IMG/VR virus record: IMGVR_UViG_2872698443_000003
Source: a virus
Taxonomy: Duplodnaviria; Heunggongvirae; Uroviricota; Caudoviricetes
DNA length: 20,548 nt
Reading direction: 5' to 3' (one strand)
Part shown: one piece after another, positions 15,931 through 20,548 of the stretch
Layout: every line of letters begins with the position of its first letter
Numbering within the stretch: position 1 is the first letter of the stretch
Made by a program: the position numbers and the translations under genes
Notes under the pieces: generated by a model
Seen by the model: only the letters and a program-made list of their open reading frames with translations
What the model was told of the DNA's origin: nothing
Database searches by the model: none

Positions 15931-16136
15931 GACTCGAAAGCGTAGCTAAATTTCACTCGCCAAAAAGCCCGATGATGAGCGACTCACCACGGGCCACGGC
16001 TTCTGACTCTCTTTCCGGTACTGATGTGATGGCTGCTATGGGGATGGCGCAATCACAAGCCGGATTCGGAATGGCTGCATTCTGCGGTAAGCATGAACTC
16101 AGCCAGAACGACAAACAAAAGGCTATCAACTATCTG
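15927..16136 (+). pseudogene. Q: Late antiterminator Q, N-terminal 70 codons only, interrupted by IS1
   Basis: MRLESVAKFHSPKSPMMSDSPRATASDSLSGTDVMAAMGMAQSQAGFGMAAFCGKHELSQNDKQKAINYL matches lambda Q residues 1-70 as recalled; the track ORF then reads into the IS1 end. Confidence 0.9.
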
Positions 16137-16191
16137 GGTAATGCTGCCAACTTACTGATTTAGTGTATGATGGTGTTTTTGAGGTGCTCCA

Positions 16192-16467
16192 GTGGCTTCT
16201 GTTTCTATCAGCTGTCCCTCCTGTTCAGCTACTGACGGGGTGGTGCGTAACGGCAAAAGCACCGCCGGACATCAGCGCTATCTCTGCTCTCACTGCCGTA
16301 AAACATGGCAACTGCAGTTCACTTACACCGCTTCTCAACCCGGTACGCACCAGAAAATCATTGATATGGCCATGAATGGCGTTGGATGCCGGGCAACTGC
16401 CCGCATTATGGGCGTTGGCCTCAACACGATTTTACGTCACTTAAAAAACTCAGGCCGCAGTCGGTAA
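16192..16467 (+). CDS. insA: IS1 InsA, 91 aa
   Basis: [43 protein letters not shown]... recognised. Confidence 0.95.
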
Positions 16468-16889
16468 CCTCGCGCATACAGCCGGGCAGTGACGTCATCG
16501 TCTGCGCGGAAATGGACGAACAGTGGGGCTATGTCGGGGCTAAATCGCGCCAGCGCTGGCTGTTTTACGCGTATGACAGGCTCCGGAAGACGGTTGTTGC
16601 GCACGTATTCGGTGAACGCACGATGGCGACGCTGGGGCGTCTTATGAGCCTGCTGTCACCCTTTGACGTGGTGATATGGATGACGGATGGCTGGCCGCTG
16701 TATGAATCCCGCCTGAAGGGAAAGCTGCACGTAATCAGCAAGCGATATACGCAGCGAATTGAGCGGCATAACCTGAATCTGAGGCAGCACCTGGCACGGC
16801 TGGGACGGAAGTCGCTGTCGTTCTCAAAATCGGTGGAGCTGCATGACAAAGTCATCGGGCATTATCTGAACATAAAACACTATCAATAA
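16386..16889 (+). CDS. insB: IS1 InsB' transposase reading frame, 167 aa (expressed as InsAB' by -1 frameshift)
   Basis: Track ORF matches IS1 InsB as recalled. Confidence 0.95.
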
Positions 16890-16969
16890 GTTGGAGTCAT
16901 TACCGTAATGTTGTTCTGAGAAATACTCATATTGGTTGCCTTGATCTTTTTTCATACGATAACACGCAG

Positions 16970-17728
16970 GTGCTTGTAAAAACCAATACCAATAAAATTA
17001 GCTATGGTAACTCATATGAAAAAATTAATTTCCCGGGAGTTCAGATTCATGATTTTAACGCTATGGTTGAGACTTGGACATCATCTATATCAATAGATAA
17101 TCTTGTTATAAATGGTAGTGGTAGGTTATCTAGAATATCTAACTCATTTACATTTAATACGACATCATCGGATTCTCGCGTATTTGATTTTTGGCAGTAT
17201 ACATCTGATGGAGCTGCTGTTTGTAATATTTACAGAAATGAAATTAGCTCAGATTCTCAGTTTCATCATGATGGTACAACTATAGGAGTGGTGATACCAA
17301 TAGCAAATACCGATAATAAGACACTGCGAGTTGTTATTGATAAAAATGTTTTTAAATGTCAAGGGAAAGAAGTCACATTATCTTTCATGGCTGTAAATGG
17401 GTTGCCATCTGTTCAAACTAAAATTTCCGTGAACTTGATATTGAGCTATTCTTCATCATTAGGCGTTCAAAGAGTATATTCATTCGGTGAGTTTGATATT
17501 GGTAGTTCATGGGGGTTGAAAAAATTCACATTAGCAATACCTTTTGAAGGTCTTGTGTCCGCAAGCGATGCGAATGCTTATTTATCCTTTTCGCTTCCAA
17601 AATCACAAGAAGTAAACATCATCATAGCCAATGTTAATTTATGCAAAGGAAATGTTGCTGTGCAGGGGCCGAGTGATTTAAAGGATTGGGATTTACTATC
17701 TAGATCAATTGCATACTACGGTAGTTAA
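16970..17728 (+). CDS. Low-GC Ser/Thr/Asn-rich hypothetical protein, 252 aa; possibly the C-terminal receptor-binding part of a tail fibre or another surface-interaction protein, probably 5'-truncated
   Basis: Track ORF with GTG start; the frame is open upstream into the IS1 right end (no stop from 16772 by my reading); composition resembles fibre distal domains. Function not recognised. Confidence 0.4.
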   Translation: MLVKTNTNKISYGNSYEKINFPGVQIHDFNAMVETWTSSISIDNLVINGSGRLSRISNSFTFNTTSSDSRVFDFWQYTSDGAAVCNIYRNEISSDSQFHHDGTTIGVVIPIANTDNKTLRVVIDKNVFKCQGKEVTLSFMAVNGLPSVQTKISVNLILSYSSSLGVQRVYSFGEFDIGSSWGLKKFTLAIPFEGLVSASDANAYLSFSLPKSQEVNIIIANVNLCKGNVAVQGPSDLKDWDLLSRSIAYYGS

Positions 17729-17732
17729 TATT

Positions 17733-17759
17733 CCAGCCCCGAGATAATCTCGGGGCTGG
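17733..17759. terminator. Bidirectional terminator / perfect 13-bp inverted repeat (CCAGCCCCGAGAT-A-ATCTCGGGGCTGG) between convergent genes
   Basis: Seen directly in sequence. Confidence 0.6.
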
Positions 17760-17765
17760 CATTAT

Positions 17766-19109
17766 TCATCTAACTTCTACTTTATATCGAACTCCGCGTC
17801 CAAGTAAGATAGAAATGAAAGATGACAAAATCATCAAGGCAATTAAGAACACGATGCTATCAAACATGTATGCCAAGCCTATAGGGGGAGACAGCATTAT
17901 TGCCAATGCCCTGCAATAGAAAGATGCTATGAAAGAAGAGTAGAATATATCGCTTCTTAATCTAATGTTTTTTGCTTTACATACACGACCAAGTATCCAG
18001 CCAAAAAATGCAGTCATGAATAAACCGCCGACAAAGCCAAAGTAAACATAACCAGCAAGATCAAAGTGACTTGTTGGCCCCCTTGCTACATCATCCCCAA
18101 GATACCATACCTTCCAAATCATTCTGCCAACATCATTGGCTGAGTAGTCATATCCAAGCATGTTTTGCATTATCCCATTCCCGGCTATATATCCGAATAG
18201 TTGTAGAAATGCATTTTTTACTTGCAACATGTCAATAACTGCATTTGGGAGTGAGAAGTAGTATGCGTCTCCATTTGCAAATATCCGCATGAATAACATT
18301 TCAACAACAACAGGGGCGTCCATGTAGTTTGATTTTGTATACCCTATTGCTGCTGAATTATATGATATTAGGAATAGCACATAAGCAACAAGAGATACGG
18401 ATATAATTAAAAAAACAACCGCACTTTTTATCGTTAGCCTTGGTTTACGACCTGTAAAAATATAAATTGCAATTATAGCAACTAGCAAATGCTCTAGGAG
18501 AGAAAGTTTTGCGCCTGAAACAAAAGACGCAATTATAGATATAATTATAGCTATAAGTGCTATTGATGCTCTTTTCAACCCTCTGGACTTTACTGCCATG
18601 ACAGAAAGATATCCAGTGAGCATCAGTCTTACAACATCAAGTATCCTTACGATAGCACCAAGACCTCTGTTTGCCTCAAACCTAGACTGTACAAAGGCAT
18701 CAAAAGATATACTTTTTATATATATTACCGTTAGTGATATATAAAATATTAGCAACAAATAGAATATTATTGATGAGTTTTTTTTGCATGTATTAAATAC
18801 CTTGTCAGTTGTTCCAAGTAGTCTAAATTTAGGTGTTCTATATGCCAAGTGCATAAACGAAGCCAATACAATCCAGTTTAGAATAATCATGTAGAACAAG
18901 TGATCAGGAATGTAGTTGTAATTCCATAGCATTAATACTATTGCGTAAGAAGTTCCAAATGTGAAGGTAAAATAGAAGTGTATTGGATCTATCACTCCTA
19001 CTGCCAGCTTCCTTACCGTCATGTAACATAAAACAGTTGTTACTGTAGCGTACAGTAAATACTCTGACCAATTTGAAAATATAAAATAAAAAAAGTCTAT
19101 ATCACTCAT
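17766..19109 (-). CDS. Polytopic inner-membrane protein, 447 aa, about 30% GC, Wzy/O-antigen-polymerase-like or GtrS-like; candidate lysogenic-conversion gene
   Basis: Hydrophobic segments throughout the track ORF; very low GC versus about 50% in the rest of the prophage; sits in the int-proximal slot where P22/KplE1-type phages carry O-antigen modification genes. Confidence 0.55.
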   Translation of the reverse strand: MSDIDFFYFIFSNWSEYLLYATVTTVLCYMTVRKLAVGVIDPIHFYFTFTFGTSYAIVLMLWNYNYIPDHLFYMIILNWIVLASFMHLAYRTPKFRLLGTTDKVFNTCKKNSSIIFYLLLIFYISLTVIYIKSISFDAFVQSRFEANRGLGAIVRILDVVRLMLTGYLSVMAVKSRGLKRASIALIAIIISIIASFVSGAKLSLLEHLLVAIIAIYIFTGRKPRLTIKSAVVFLIISVSLVAYVLFLISYNSAAIGYTKSNYMDAPVVVEMLFMRIFANGDAYYFSLPNAVIDMLQVKNAFLQLFGYIAGNGIMQNMLGYDYSANDVGRMIWKVWYLGDDVARGPTSHFDLAGYVYFGFVGGLFMTAFFGWILGRVCKAKNIRLRSDIFYSSFIASFYCRALAIMLSPPIGLAYMFDSIVFLIALMILSSFISILLGRGVRYKVEVR

Positions 19110-19390
19110 AGCTTTACCATACTTGCTTCATCTCACAACAAGATTCAGATTGAATTTATCACACTTTATCACTTTAATGCAGAGCTTCCCACTAACAACT
19201 TCATGAACAGAACATCTTAACAATCATAACATGCTAAAAAATTGTTTAGCATTTGACTTTGTGTACATCATGATGTAAGCGCCAAATTACATGGTTAATA
19301 ATAGACCAATTGCATGAGAAAGAAATTAGACACACAAAGCTTTGTACTGGGTTGCAAGGCTTTGTGCTATTCGATAGTTGTTAAGGTGGA

Positions 19391-20548
19391 TCACTCAGGC
19401 TTTTCATCAAGCCAGTCCGCCCACCACTGCATCATTTCTCTGCGCTTATCGAGATACTGCGCATGGTTGTAAATACCGCGCACAGATCCGCCGTTGGCAT
19501 GTGCCAGTTGCATTTCAATAGCATCAGCAGGCCATTCGTTCTCGTTCATAATCGTGCTGAATTCATGCCTGAATCCGTGACCGCTTTCCAGACCCTCATA
19601 GCCGATTTGTTTGATCACAAGCAATACCGCGTTCTCGCAGATTGGCTTCTTCTTATCGTTGCGCCCGGCAAAAACAAACTCTGAGACTGGTTTGGTGATT
19701 GAGCTTAGCGTAGTGAGAAGTTCAACCACCTGGTCTGACATCGGGACCACATGAATTTTGCGTCCCTTCATCACACTGGCGTCGATGGTGATAATCCTGT
19801 TTTCAAAATCGACGTTCTTCCATAGCATGGAACGAAGTTCTTTTGTTCTGAGGGCTGTGTAGCGTAAAACTTTGGTTGCAATGAGCGATACGATACTTCC
19901 TGAAAATGTTGCCAGTGCTTTGTTGAATGCCGGGATCTGGTCTGCAGGAAGAAACGGGAAGTTCTTCTTGCGGTATCCCTTCATGGCGTCAGCAAGGTCA
20001 GGTGCCGGGTTATATTTAGCCCTGCCGGTGACAATAGCGTAACGGAAAACCTCGCCGCATCTTCTGCGGGCTTTATTTGCTCGCTCCATTGCACCGCGAT
20101 CTTCAAATCTGCGGATTACTTCCAGCAGTTGCATCGGCTCAATATCCTGAATTTCAAGGCCGCCGATGATAGGTAAAATGTCGTCATCAAACATTTTTGC
20201 AAGTTCATTTGCATAGCCTACTGACCAGACTTGCTTCTTGTGCTCGTACCATTCCTTGTAAATCGCACTAAATGAATTGTTGTTAGACGAAGCCTTTTTC
20301 GCCTTTACCGGATCGATGCCAACCGAGATGTCTTTCCTCGCAGTCCATGCCTTATCCCTTGCTTCCTGCAAAGTCATAAGCGGATATTTTCCGACGGTCA
20401 GGATTTTCTCCTTACCGTCAATCTTGTAGCGAAGCTGCCATACCTTTTTCCCGGATACAGGAACATAAAGGTACAGGCCATTACCATCGAGAAGGCGGTA
20501 TGGTTTTTCTTTCGGCTTTGCTGCTTCAATCTGCTTAACGGTGAGCAT
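19391..20548 (-). CDS. intS: P4-family tyrosine integrase (IntS-type, argW-specific), 385 aa; start codon is the last three bases of the window
   Basis: MLTVKQIEAAKPKEKPYRLLDGNGLYLYVPVSGKKVWQLRYKIDGKEKILTVGKYPLMTLQEARDKAW... matches K-12 IntS as recalled; catalytic R..HxxR..Y region present. Confidence 0.9.
   Translation of the reverse strand: MLTVKQIEAAKPKEKPYRLLDGNGLYLYVPVSGKKVWQLRYKIDGKEKILTVGKYPLMTLQEARDKAWTARKDISVGIDPVKAKKASSNNNSFSAIYKEWYEHKKQVWSVGYANELAKMFDDDILPIIGGLEIQDIEPMQLLEVIRRFEDRGAMERANKARRRCGEVFRYAIVTGRAKYNPAPDLADAMKGYRKKNFPFLPADQIPAFNKALATFSGSIVSLIATKVLRYTALRTKELRSMLWKNVDFENRIITIDASVMKGRKIHVVPMSDQVVELLTTLSSITKPVSEFVFAGRNDKKKPICENAVLLVIKQIGYEGLESGHGFRHEFSTIMNENEWPADAIEMQLAHANGGSVRGIYNHAQYLDKRREMMQWWADWLDEKPE

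Larger units (their letters stand above)
16137..16904 (+). mobile_element. IS1, complete 768-bp copy
   Basis: Ends GGTAATGCTGCCAACTTACTGAT... and ...ATCAATAAGTTGGAGTCATTACC; InsA and InsB' recognised; flanking 9-mers differ (AACTATCTG vs GTAATGTTG). Confidence 0.95.

Noticed and set aside
16163-16855. ORFs 16163..16375 and 16565..16855 inside IS1
   Set aside because: Alternative frames of IS1 insA/insB.
16128-16913. Expected 8-9 bp target-site duplication flanking IS1
   Set aside because: Flanking 9-mers AACTATCTG and GTAATGTTG do not match; interpreted as evidence of an adjacent deletion rather than simple insertion.
19463-19684. Plus-strand 73-aa ORF inside int
   Set aside because: Antisense to the recognised integrase gene.
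1-20548. CRISPR arrays, tRNA or rRNA genes, toxin-antitoxin pairs with recognisable families
   Set aside because: No regularly spaced direct repeats, no cloverleaf-compatible tRNA beyond the 15-bp attR remnant, and no toxin-antitoxin family I could recognise by eye.

Overview
The window is the immunity-proximal end of a defective lambdoid prophage of the E. coli KplE1/CPS-53 type, flanked and interrupted by insertion sequences. All calls rest on reading the sequence and the ORF track by eye and on recalled protein families; no database search or structure prediction was run. Layout: bases 1-1240 are the 3' 1.24 kb of an IS2 copy (insC/insD with A6G frameshift site) that has removed the 5' half of a LysR-family regulator (C-terminal remnant 1241-1744, plausibly dsdC by synteny). 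A 15-bp match to the 3' end of tRNA-Arg (argW) at 1840-1854 marks attR. The prophage then runs from torI (excisionase) through a long leftward early operon (accessory genes, SSB, Rad52-like annealing protein, N, nutL, pL/OL), a cI repressor with a lambda-identical C-terminal domain but a different DNA-binding domain, cro, nutR, cII, an O-like initiator containing origin iterons, a Toprim/DnaB-type primase-helicase, and a nin region (ninB, ninE, ninF, Rha-type antirepressor, ybcO-like, rusA, ninH). Q is cut after codon 70 by a complete IS1 (16137-16904) with no target-site duplication, and no lysis or morphogenesis genes follow. The int-proximal end is a low-GC segment with a 252-aa Ser/Thr/Asn-rich ORF and a 447-aa polytopic Wzy-like membrane protein, followed by the P4-type integrase. 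The most interesting candidates for undescribed biology are the Wzy-like gene next to int without gtrA/gtrB, the overlapping accessory genes of the early-left operon, the Ren-position gene pair, and an SSB carrying a 15-residue extension past the canonical DDDIPF tip.
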